Part shown: in pieces, positions 1 to 12,000 of the stretch
Layout of the letters: the number at the start of each line of letters is the position of its first letter
Numbering within the stretch: the stretch's first letter is position 1
NCBI RefSeq assembly: GCF_037042905.1
Contig: NC_087251.1
Coordinates: 28,646,001 to 28,710,000 of the forward strand
From: Lytechinus pictus
Taxonomy: Eukaryota
Reading direction: 5' to 3'
Length of the DNA stretch: 64,000 bases
Position numbers and translations under genes: made by a program
The notes under the pieces: generated by a model
Told to the model about the DNA's origin: nothing
Database searches by the model: none
What the model saw: the letters and a program-made list of their open reading frames with translations, nothing else

Positions 1-81
1 GCTTTCTGAGGAGATTCGACGACAGCCGATAGTTTGCCCAGAGATTTCTGCATTGTATCCAAGACTTTCGTCAAATTTACT

Positions 82-98
82 ATGGTGTCACTTGCTGA
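82..98 (+). CDS. SNW1: SNW1 coding exon 1 (MVSLA + 2 nt)
   Basis: ATG at 82 followed by GA|GTGAGT donor. Phase 2 joins exon 2 to give MVSLADILPKP, resembling the MxLxxxLPxP N-terminus of SNW1 orthologues. Confidence 0.8.
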
Positions 99-3000
99 GT
101 GAGTAGATTATTTACAAAATTTATTTCATGATTGGGTTATTGGTATTTTTTACAGTAAAATCAATTGCTAGACGGACGTGAGACTAAGTAAGAGTGGCGA
201 GTGTGAACGGTGATTGTGAATACACAGGGGGCCGGTGCCGTTACTGGCGTGTGTAATTTCTTATGCACACATTTCCAGTGGCGATATCACAATTCTGTGA
301 CACAGTAATGCTCATTGCACAAGAGTTACATGTAAAACCCAGGGTAGAGCTCAATATTTGTGTGAGACTTAGTGAGTGGAATCTAACAGTGACTGAGTGT
401 GGTGATGGCAATGTGTGTGATAGCAGACAGGGATTCGTCTGCCGGAATACACTTTTTGATTGTGGACTTGTGTCTTGTGTGGGCATTAACTAGTCTATCC
501 ACTTGCACGCTGCAACCATCCTGCCTGTGCCTGTGGGAAATCTACAGGTAGGAGTCGGACCAGTGTTTCCTAAGCTCCAAAATAAAATTCCCGAAACTGA
601 ATCCCAAATTTCCTGAAATTCATAGATATTTCCTAGAATTTTCAAATTTGATTTTAAACAAAATCGGGCAATACAGCGAGCCTAATAATTGGTCCGGGTG
701 GCCAAAATCAAGGAATTTAGCATTTTTTGTTAACGCCCTCTTTAAAAATAGGAATAAAATTACCAAATGCGAGTGCAGAGCGCAAGCAGAAAATTTTGAG
801 CTATGTATGGAGGTAAAAAATTCTGGCCTGAATATTAATAGTTGCTAGGTAACCAAAACCCAAGAAGAGAAGCAATCTTATTGGAAATTTAGGTAAAATG
901 AGATGAACAATTACAAAAAAAAGTTTCATCAAAATCGGTTATGAAATAAGCAAGTTATGGACATTTAAAAAGTCTTGTACTTTCTATAGGGATCCTCAAA
1001 TTGGCAAATGTGCTTCAAAATGTCTGAATTTGTGGACAACTCTCCATTTGTTTTGTACACAAATTTTCAGATTTTCCCCTTTATTTTACATTTTTCACAT
1101 CTCCTGACCTTGACATATGTGGTGTGAATTTTATTTTCCCAAGACATATGTCGTGCTCAGAAGGAAGCAAGCTGCAATTTGAAAGATAATGAGGAAAATC
1201 TGAAAATTTGTGTACAAACAAATGGAGAGTTGTTCACAAATTCAGCCATTTTGAAGCATGTTTGCCAATTTCATAGTAGTTTTTAGAGTCAGCACTGCTG
1301 CTATATTGAATTGCGTAATGCAGGTGAGACTGCCAGAGGCGCTCCACTTGTTGACCATTTTTCATCATCTCTATATTCAAGTTCCCTTTGGAAGAATGTT
1401 GCAAAGTTTGAGCGTACAAAATCATTTTCTCACGCGTATGATGCGCGTTGGGTAAAACAAGGCCGGTCGGTAATACAATCACTCACTATACCATGTGATG
1501 TGACAATTGTTAGGGTTGCGTTGACAAGTCAGACACATTTCTGGGATTTTAACAAATGTTGCTGCAAGCTTCTCCTGCTTCATCTTTCCTTGTTCTTTTC
1601 TATCAAATACTAGCAATTGACTAAAAAAATTATACTTTTTCCACAGCATCCTACCTAAACCCAAGCAATGGGGGCAAGAAGATGAGGTAGACCTGAGAGC
1701 CAAAGAGGTAAGCAAATGAACATTCCTACACGTATTTCATTTTAAATAATTACAATAGTACTAATAAGGCCTGTTCATAAACATTTTGTGACAAAGCTCA
1801 GCAACCCTTTGTACGATGTCAATGGGGTAGGAGTTAAAAAAAGAATGTTGCAATAACATAGTGACCTGTTTTTGAATGTGTTGCTTGCAACCGCTAAGAG
1901 ACAGACAAATAGTGAAAATTGAAAAAAGTTAAGATATGATGATTTACGCTGTTTGACAGACTTACTCATGATATCATTAAATATAATGCTGGAATGTGAC
2001 TTTTATGAACCCATTCTCTTAAGTTTAATAATAGGATGTTGTATTAAATTAATAAATTTGCACTATAATGTTCCTCTTTCTTTTTCAGTTACGTGTGGTT
2101 TCTGTATCAAGGAATGCAGCTCCACCGTATGGTCATCGGAAAGGATGGGTGCCTCGGTCATTGGCTGTAAGTACATTAATATATATATACCCTCCCCCTA
2201 AAAAAAAAGAGACCCAAACAAACAAATATGCAGCAAAGTTGAGAAGGTACATGTAGTTAGTCATTCATTCTGATTTCAATGAATGTACTGTAAAAAAAAT
2301 TACAGATAAATATTGAAAGTGAGGGATACTTCAAGTGGGAAACTTAAAGTGGCGTAGAAAATATATTTTTTGTTGTGACATACCTCTGTTTTAGAAATGT
2401 GGAAAATTGCCATCGTAATTAATCAAGTGATATACAGATTTCATTTTGTACCACAGAACTATCATTTTCATTGCATCACTGCCTACAGCCCTTGCAGTAT
2501 AAAGTTGTCCTGAGGACAAGGTCATTTTTTATAAAACATCTTACAACCACTGTCTGTAAAGGGGAAATTTGAGGAAAACGAGACAGTTAAGGTGGACTGG
2601 ACATCCAAGGCAGTGGCATCATATCATTGGTTTAACACAAGCCCTCTGTCACCTACATGTGCATGTGGCAACTTTCATTCACATGTTGATATAGATGGCA
2701 ATATTGCAACTTTACATCCATGACTTTAACATGGAGGATCTAGCTTCCGAGATAAAAATTCCAACTGTTACCATGGCTTGAATGAATCAGTATAAATGAA
2801 TGAATGAATTAACTTTATTGATCCTCCTTGAAAAAGTAACATATAACAAGATGCATGTACAATTATATGCTAACACATATGTCGAAAACGTTTAAAAGCA
2901 ACAAATATCGATAATATCGTATGGAGGCTTCACAAAACACATTTTCTTCTGTGGGCATATGTTTGGTCCTGAAAAGGACCGCCAAGATTTGACGTTTCGA

Positions 3001-6000
3001 CAAGTGTGTCCTGAAGATGACAAGAACGTAATTGTCAAAACAAGGAGTTTGGGTGGTCCTTTTCAGGACCAAATACATATTGTGCTGTGAAGCTTCCATA
3101 CCGATTAGATCAAACTGATCAATATATAATTTTTCACAAGAAAATCATCCGAAGTTATGGTTTTGTTACATTTTTTTATATTCTTTTTATTCTACAGGAC
3201 TATGGAGATGGAGGAGCCTTTCCAGAAATCCATGTTGCACAGTATCCTCTGGACATGGGTCGTTCAAAGACCAATCAATCTAATGCCGTTGCCAAGACAG
3301 TGGATGCAGAAGGCAAGGTCCGCTATGATGCTCTTGCTAGGATTGGACATGGGAAGGACAAGGTAGGTTTCATTGTACAGGCAATTTCAAGATTTATTCC
3401 TCTGAATGATTCTGTTTCATGACTTAAAGAAATTAATGACCAAAAGAAATTGTGCGAGGTGGTTAGGGCCCATTGGCTAATTTTTTTGGAATGACTTATG
3501 CTTGGAAAGGAGGTGAGGAGGGTTAGACCCCAGAAAGGCTCTCTAGATAAATCTCTGCAATTTTGCATGGAGTGGGGCAGAGGGGGATAAGACATTGATA
3601 GGAATTGCCCGAGAGCGTGATACTTGGAGATACACTAAGGCCCTTATTCTCAAAATAGGTTTCAATTGTAGCATGGTACAAAACCATGGTCTATGCAGAT
3701 TTCTTGTATTATCATGCTTTTCTGTATAAAGGGCATGTTTAATCAGATTTGTCTTATTGTATGTGATGAAACAAGCGTAATTATGTAATAATAATAATTA
3801 CTTCTTTTAAAGAGCTTTTCAAAAGTAACAGAATGCTATACAAAATAACAAAAACAAATACAATGGGTAAAAAAACTTGAAAGTAAAACTAAAAAAAAAT
3901 GAAACACAACTTGCAATATATCAAAGTCCATTGTTTGTACCATGGTACAATTGAAACCTCTTTGGTTCAAGAATACAGCCCATTACAGAACACTATTGAT
4001 AATTAATTGGTATTTACATGTCCAACTTGATCGTTGGGCTAATTGTTACCTTCTGAGTAGATAATTGTATGACTTGGTTGAAGCTTTCTGCAAGTGCTTT
4101 TGTAATTCGGACAAAAAATGTTTTTTGTCTGACAAGTTGTCAGATTTTTCGATTTTGATTGGCTGAGAAATTCATCTGTCTGGCTTTTACTGTGGTAGCT
4201 GTTGGATAAAACATGATACAAGTCCTTTCAAGGAAAGCCCCCTGATCCCATGATATAAGGATTAAAAAAAATTAAGGATCTAATAAGGATTGCTATAAAT
4301 ATTCCCTCTACCCCCGTACAATTGTAGAGTGGAATTCACTTTCTCCCACTACTAAAAATGCACCCGATCTAGCTGCATTTAAGAAACTGCTGAGCAAAAA
4401 CATGCTAATTGAAAAAAGTATATAGCGGCAGCAATTGCATGAATGACCTGCACATCTATAGGCTCTTTGAGGTGTTCAAGTGCAGTACTTACAAGACAAG
4501 ATACCAAAGTAATTTTAATGAGTTCTAAAATCTCTCTTATTAATACCATGAGTATAACTCTGTTCAGTGTCCACCTCATAGGGTTATGTATCTTGATATG
4601 TATTACTTGGTAGTATTAATTTTACATTTTTTAAAAATATATGATTGAATTGTGTAATTGAATATTATATGATTTAATGTTTATTGTTAATGCTATAACA
4701 AAACTCTTGCTGTTTTTTTTTTCTTTTCAGATTGTACATTCCAGGCCTCAAGATCTCCTTCCAAGAGCAATGGGTGATGATGATGATCCAGAACTTCAAA
4801 AACCAGATGAAGAGTCCATTGAAGAAGTGAGTCAAACAAGGTTTATCAAGCATATTATCACTTAACTTATTCTAATTATACATGTACCAATCAAACCTCC
4901 ACAGAAAATTGACAGGTGGCTACTGATACAGCATGTAAATCAGTTTATCTGCTTTAGTTATGTGGAGGAATTATTCGCATGCTATGATAATGGCAAGGGG
5001 AAGTCTCGTTAAAGTTGAGCAACGACTGTCTTTCTTAATATACTTCATATTACCACTGTTTCATCTCTTAAAATAAAAACACCATAAGGGCTGTTTGATA
5101 TAGCTTTCTTGTATTAAGTTGCATATAACTTTATGCAAGACTATGTTTTTGTGCTTAATCAGATAGGCAATCATATGAGACCAAGCATGGCCAAATCTAC
5201 AAAAAGGCACCAGAAATGAATTTTCAGTTCAACATCCCAACAGAGAGGAGAGATTAAAAGCTTAAGAATGATAACTCATTACAATATGATGATCCTTACT
5301 CTCATTAGGAGAAGAACTATGGACTTATTACATTAAATTAGGACTTCAGGGTAATCAAGTATCACTGATCATCTTGAAACTGAAAATGTGACTTTGTGGG
5401 TTTTGTCATGCCTGGTTACATCCTAATTTCCATCAGCTAAAGTTAAATTACAATCTATTTACATAACTTGAATTCTTGACATTTGTATGCATTTCAATGC
5501 AAAGTTTATTGTTTTTCGAACTCATATTATGGTTTGGGAAATTCAGTCCCACTAAAATTCGATTTCTGATTTAGGAGAAGAACATACATCATTTTTTTTG
5601 TAGATCATGCGTGACTTACACCTTGATGAAACATCCCACTGGTGACATAATTATCAAGTAAATTAGATGGGACAATGATTCTTGTTGGTAGCTGAGAGTT
5701 GGACAGTTGATATGAATTCATTATGTACTGTTAAGTATATGGTTGTTTACTTATCTGTATGATGTAAAATTTCAGACTGCTGAGAAGACGAGAGCAGCAT
5801 TGGAGAAGATCGTTCAGTCCAAAATATCAGCGGCTCTTCCTGTTCGTCATGCGGAGAAAACTGCACCTGCACAATACATCAGGTATGTTTAACCTGGCCT
5901 TATATATTATTTGTTCTGTTTTTTATTCTACAGTCATACCAATGAAACCGACCCCAGACTGATCAAAGCTATAATGATTTTTCAAATGGCATGGCATCGG

Positions 6001-9000
6001 TTTGGGATTGCTTTAGTTTGCATGACTGTAGAGTAAGTGTTGGCAGGTATGAAGAAGAAAATAGAATCAAATCCTACTCTCTCCACCAAACCCCTCCCCC
6101 TTAATCGATAACTCTATTCAACAAAATTTGATTGGGGGGGTAAAAAGAAAAGAGAAAGGGAGCAGTAATAAAATTATCTTCAACATGTGAAAGTGTTGCC
6201 TTGTGAGAAAAATTACATGGGGGCTTGGGGCGACTAAGCCCTCAAAATGCTCAAAACAGCCCTGGAAATTCAAAGAGGAAGCCATGGAAAATCCAAATTT
6301 TTTTGCAATGTTTAATCTTACCAAATGTTGCAGATTCAGGTAGTAAGTTCTGATAAGTAGCCCTCGAAAATTACAATTATTTGTTGTCTGCTTGTGTGCA
6401 TAGCGAAACTTAGATTTTGTACAGTTTGTATACTGTTTGCATGTCTACGATACACCGATAGACATTTGCTTCCTAATTTGAATCTTGTTTATTGTCTTTT
6501 CTAGATACACACCATCACAACAGGGTCTTGCCTTCAACTCTGGTGCCAAGCAGAGGGTGATTAGAATGGTAGAAGCACAAAAAGATCCCATGGAACCTCC
6601 AAGATTCAAGTGAGTATCATCGCCATTATGCAACTTATGAGGTTCAACAATAGAAGGCGGCATATAATGTACATTATGGGTCAGCAGATGTGCTAATGCA
6701 CTGAGAGGGAAAACAATTCAAGAAGGTTACTTCCCTCTCATATCAATGAGTTTATGAGTACAACCACAATAAGATCAACCCTTTATCTACTAGAAGGTCC
6801 CATTACATTTACAGAATTCACTGGTAAAATTGTGTAAGGTTTTATAAAATTTTGTAGATGTAGATCAGACTTTATTGCTGTCACAGTCACAGCTAAGAAT
6901 ATATTATCTGACCCTCCTCTGCCCCCTCTGGTGACTTTTGTTGAAGATACATATACACTAAATATGCATTGTATGCAGGAATATTCCTCTTTATACATAT
7001 ACATATGTATATTTCTTCATCTTTAAGGAAATTTTGAGCCAAAGAAAACAAATTTTGAAAATTAAGCATGTGAAAAGTAAAAGAATGAAGACAGTCTGAA
7101 TAAACAATATTGAATTATTTGTTTTCAGGACGAACAAGAAGATACCACGAGGGCCTCCTTCACCCCCAGCCCCTGTCATGCATTCACCTACAAGAAAGGT
7201 AAGATATTGTTTCTCATTCAACAATTAAAAAAATGATAATAATTTGACTCTCTGATGTAGTGTAGTGCCTTTATTGATTTCAGGGGAGCATTCCATGACA
7301 CAAATAGCCATTGGTGTTTCTCTGTGACTATGGTTATAAGCTACTGTGATTCTTGGATCTGATTGGCTGAGAGAAACTAAGTCGGTGGAAATCACAGACA
7401 AAACCCTTCATGAAATGCTCCCCAGACTGATCTTAGTTGATCTGGGGGCCTGTTGCATAACATTTACCATAATGGTAACTTCCATTGAAACCTTTATTTT
7501 GTTTAACTGTTGAGTAACTATATGTTTTGAGTGATATGAATTTGTTTTGATTAATATAATGATGAGATAAGATTATTTTGTCTCTTTGCATAATAGCACA
7601 AGGGTTTCACAGTGAATGAGCATATCAATAATCAGACTTACCAATATCTTCTAATAAAACAACCGGCTTTAACAGGAAATAGTGAATGAATGACTAATGA
7701 ATAACTAGATAAATAGGTAAATGAAGAAATTAATAGATAATAAATAAATGAATAAATATTAAAGGTTATTGTATGCTTTACTTCATAGAAATATTGTGAA
7801 AGAAGTTGGCTGACTACCTTGTGAGCTGCTACCTTGGTAATGTGAATTAATGCATTGCTTCTGGGGCTATAGCTCATAATATTGGTATATCTTGAGAGTA
7901 CTTAATAAGTGCTGAGCAGTTTCAAATTAGTTGTTTCTCTCATTTACTATGGTTTTAGCTTCTTAATTAATCTAGCTGTCTGATGACTAACGTTTGAAAT
8001 TTATTTGTTGTTTTACTTCACCTTTTTTTTTTCTTTACACACAGGTCACAGTTAAAGAACAGCAGGAATGGAAGATCCCACCTTGTATCTCAAACTGGAA
8101 AAATCAAAAGGTGAATATATATATAGCAAAAATTAGAACCAGTAATATACAAATAATACACATTAGAGAGAGCATTAATAAGAATCCTCTCACAAGGTAC
8201 ATTTGGGACAGTTTTAACATGCTCGAGGCATAGCTGAGGGCATTTTGATGACTGGGTAATTACGCTAATACCCAAGCAAAAATGATGTGTATTATTTTTT
8301 TTAAATAAGGTAGTGGATCGTTTTTATTTGATAAAACATCCTCTTCTCATAGGAGGGCTTGTCATTGAATTTTATTTATACCTCTTATTTTATTTTTTTT
8401 GTTTGTTCCATAATAGTATATAGTATTTGTGAGGCACTGATTATCTGATTGCATATTCAATGGCACACTATATGTTACCCCAGATGTTGCTTTAGGCGCT
8501 TAGTGCATTCAAGCAATTAATTTTGTTGGGTACACTTTCACCTCTCCTGGGTTGAGTGCAGCACAATATGGATCAATATTAATAGCACCATGGCTGGGAT
8601 TCGAGCCCATGCCCCTCTGATTAAAAGGTGAGAATCGGAGCCACACGTATTTTGAGACGATGCTTAAAAGATATGTTCATTATGTGTGTATTCATTGGCT
8701 TGCTTGCATATGAAAGTATACTTTTCTTCTATTTTCTGGGGAGCGTTAGAGCAGGAGCTACTAAGCTGAAATTTCTATTTCCGTTTGTATCATACTAGGT
8801 ACCCGTTCAGCACAAGAATGTGAACAACTTGTTATGACGAACCATTTTTTGTCCTATTCTATAGGGTTACACTATACCATTAGACAAACGTCTAGCAGCT
8901 GATGGCAGAGGACTACAGAACCCACAGATTAATGAGAACTTTGCTAAGCTGGCTGAAGCCCTTTACATTGCCGATAGGAAGGTAAGATATTCTTCAACAC

Positions 9001-12000
9001 TGTGCAAGTCATTAATCTCCTTTTTGTGCAATGCAGCATTTTCATGACCATGGGCCCGTAACACAAAGCTTAGCAATGATCGTAGAACATATTTCTATGA
9101 TCGATTACATTGACTACAATGTACAATCGATCGTGAAAATCAAGCGTACGATTAATCGCTAACCTTTGTGTTACGGGACCCATATTGGTAGAGCAAGATG
9201 ACAAACCTGAAAAGGTGCATGGTGGCCCAAGGTATGGCCTTATGAATATCTAATATGCCCCATTAAGATCACGGTAAATTTGCCTAGTTTATTTGTAACC
9301 AGGCAGGTGTTTCATAAAGCTCTTTGTAAGGTTACGGATGCCTTTATGCATGACTAATGACCCTTTCTTGAACTAAATGATATAGCACAAGAAACGTAGC
9401 ACCTAAGAACATGCTAGTATAAGTAGATAATAATAAGGCCAGAATAACATGAAAAACTTGGAATAGTCTTTGTGTTATATGCAGAGCTACCAAGTCTCCC
9501 GGATCCTGCGGGAGAATACTGGATTTCTATCCAATCTCCCGTTCTCCCGACCCCATGCCAAAATCTCCCGGATAATTGTGATTTTTAGCTGTTAAATTGT
9601 AAAATTCATAAAAACGACTGTTTTACGAGTCTAGCAAGTTCAACTCCCTTTACACCCACGTGGAAACTCCTTATCACATTTTCATTTTACCCAGTTACTT
9701 TTACCAGTTTTTGTATAATCGTACATTGATTTCCAATGTAAATGAAGATAATTTTACCGAACGACTGGTGAATTAGTCTAACAAGCAATTTTTTTTCTGG
9801 TTCTGCAATGTGCGTGAGGGAAACACTTCAGCGGCACTCCATGCACATGCCCCCCGACGCGCCCCGGTGCGGCACTGCCTGGTCTCCGGCAGACTGCGCC
9901 GCGGCAGGAGGCTATGCGAGAAGGGAAGTCCGATGCATTTCTCGGAAGCTTGTCTGCGCTTTATTCGAGCTGAAACTGTGGATCAACGATGGGTTACTAT
10001 TATGATTACACCCTGACTTTTAGGAATAATTTTATTGACAATCCTGAAGAACAGTAGCAAAGTGGAGATTTTTTTGCCTACTTTTACTTGGGTAGATCGG
10101 ATTCGAACATTTTCTCTTTCGTGAGTGAGCTAGCCTGGCGCTGGCTGGCTGTGCGTGCTTGCTACAAAAAGGCAATTTTCACAGGAATCCCTCGGCCCTC
10201 TTTACAGGGCCAGGCAAGCTCATCTTCCACTACTGCAGCCCTTTCCCCCTCTGGACAATCAAGGTATTTTCATGTTGAATGCATTCTTTTATGAATCATT
10301 TTAATATGTTCTACTGTATTGCCTGAAGGCTGAAGCTTGAACTTATTTTTTAGTCAATGACAATTCATGATATCTCTCTAATGTGCATTTAATCTAGACT
10401 ATGTGCCAAAAGTTTTGTTTTACTTAAGACAGCTGTCGGATACTATCAAATGTTGTTTCTTAATGAGTTTTGCTACCCAAAACTCCCGTCCGTGGGACAT
10501 TTCGCCGCGCGCTCCCTCACAAAATCATACCTCCGCGAAATCTTCTGGATTCTATCATCCCAATGTTGGCAGCTCTGTATATGTATGGCTATTATGATAA
10601 TGCCGTGATATGTGCTACATGCGACATGGTATCAAATTTGAGTCACTCTTCACATTTGAGGCATAGGTAGATATACCTATTAAGGATATAAGTGATTTTG
10701 GTCATATGACCTGAATGATTTTGGGGTAAATGTGGTCATAGGTCTGTCATACACCTGAAATAATTTCTTCTTCATGAAAATTGAAAAGCCATTTGAGTTA
10801 TCAATTTCAAACTTGGCTCATGTTTGCATAAGTTAGTAAGGATGATCTGATTGGAGTTTCTGCATCACAGGGTCACAGAGGTCATTAAAAAAAATTGGAA
10901 GTTAGGTGTATGATAGAAGCATAAGTTTCAGTTCTTTGTAGTCAAGTTGAGAATCCATTTGGATTTTTGTAATTATACAAATTAGCCTTTAAGCTAATAT
11001 TGATGTAACGTTCATACAGGAAAACATATTATTCAACATGTTTCAAGATATATACATAATTGTATAATGTGTTAGCATGGGTACTCTGAAAATGTATGTT
11101 TGCATGTTTTATAGGCCCGTGAAGCTGTGGAGATGCGTGCCGGTATGGAGCGTAAGGTAGCCCAGAGGGAGAAGGAGAAACATGAAGAACAACTGAGAGC
11201 CATTGCTGCTAAGGCACGTGAAGACAGAGCGGGCATCAAATCAGCAATGGGTAAGATTGATTCAGTGATATCAATAAATGCAGGATTTTTATTTAATAGT
11301 ACATGAAAGTGCTAATTTTACTCAGTTTTTGTGCTGTAGGTAGACTAGTAAATGCATCATTGGTAGGAAGAAGCATATTGTCAAATACTGAAAAGTAGTG
11401 GCTGAATTTAGAAATCAGAATGGAAAGGGTTACTGAATGGTCGAAGTGAATAACTTTTGTTTCTCATGGAAAAGATAATTGATAGATGATATTGATAATG
11501 TTACAGATATTGAAATTGATGATGGTAATGGTAATGATGATGATGATATATACCTGATGTTGAAGATGATTGATGATAACTTTGATAAAATTTTGATGAT
11601 GATAAAGATGACGATGATAAAGATGGGTAATAACATGATGATGATGTTTATGATTGATACTGATGACAATTACTTTAATCTTCCATCCACCTGACTTCTC
11701 CAGACAACGATGACGATGTGAGGGAGCGAGACAAGATCAGGGATGAGCGCCATCGTGACAGACAGAGGGAGAGGAACTTTGCCCGTGCTGCTCCTGATAA
11801 ACGATCTCGCTTGGAGAAACAGAGAGAACGGGATGTGAGTGAGAAGATTGCCCTTGGCCTTCCTAATGCTGGAGGAGGCAGATCAGATGATACACAGTTT
11901 GATCAGAGATTATTCAATCAGTCAAAGGTAAGTACCCTTTTAGTGTTGTAACTTATATTGAAGGTTTTCTGTTAGTAAGCAAATGTACTCCACTGAGTGG

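Noticed and set aside
9808..10016. GC-rich ORFs in SNW1 intron 10 as an alternative exon or nested gene
   Set aside because: They lie inside a TSD-bounded transposon, show no recognisable protein similarity, and SNW1 is complete without them.
11430..11694. Asp/Met/Ile-rich ORFs next to SNW1 exon 12
   Set aside because: Degenerate (GAT)n microsatellite; the real acceptor is at 11703.
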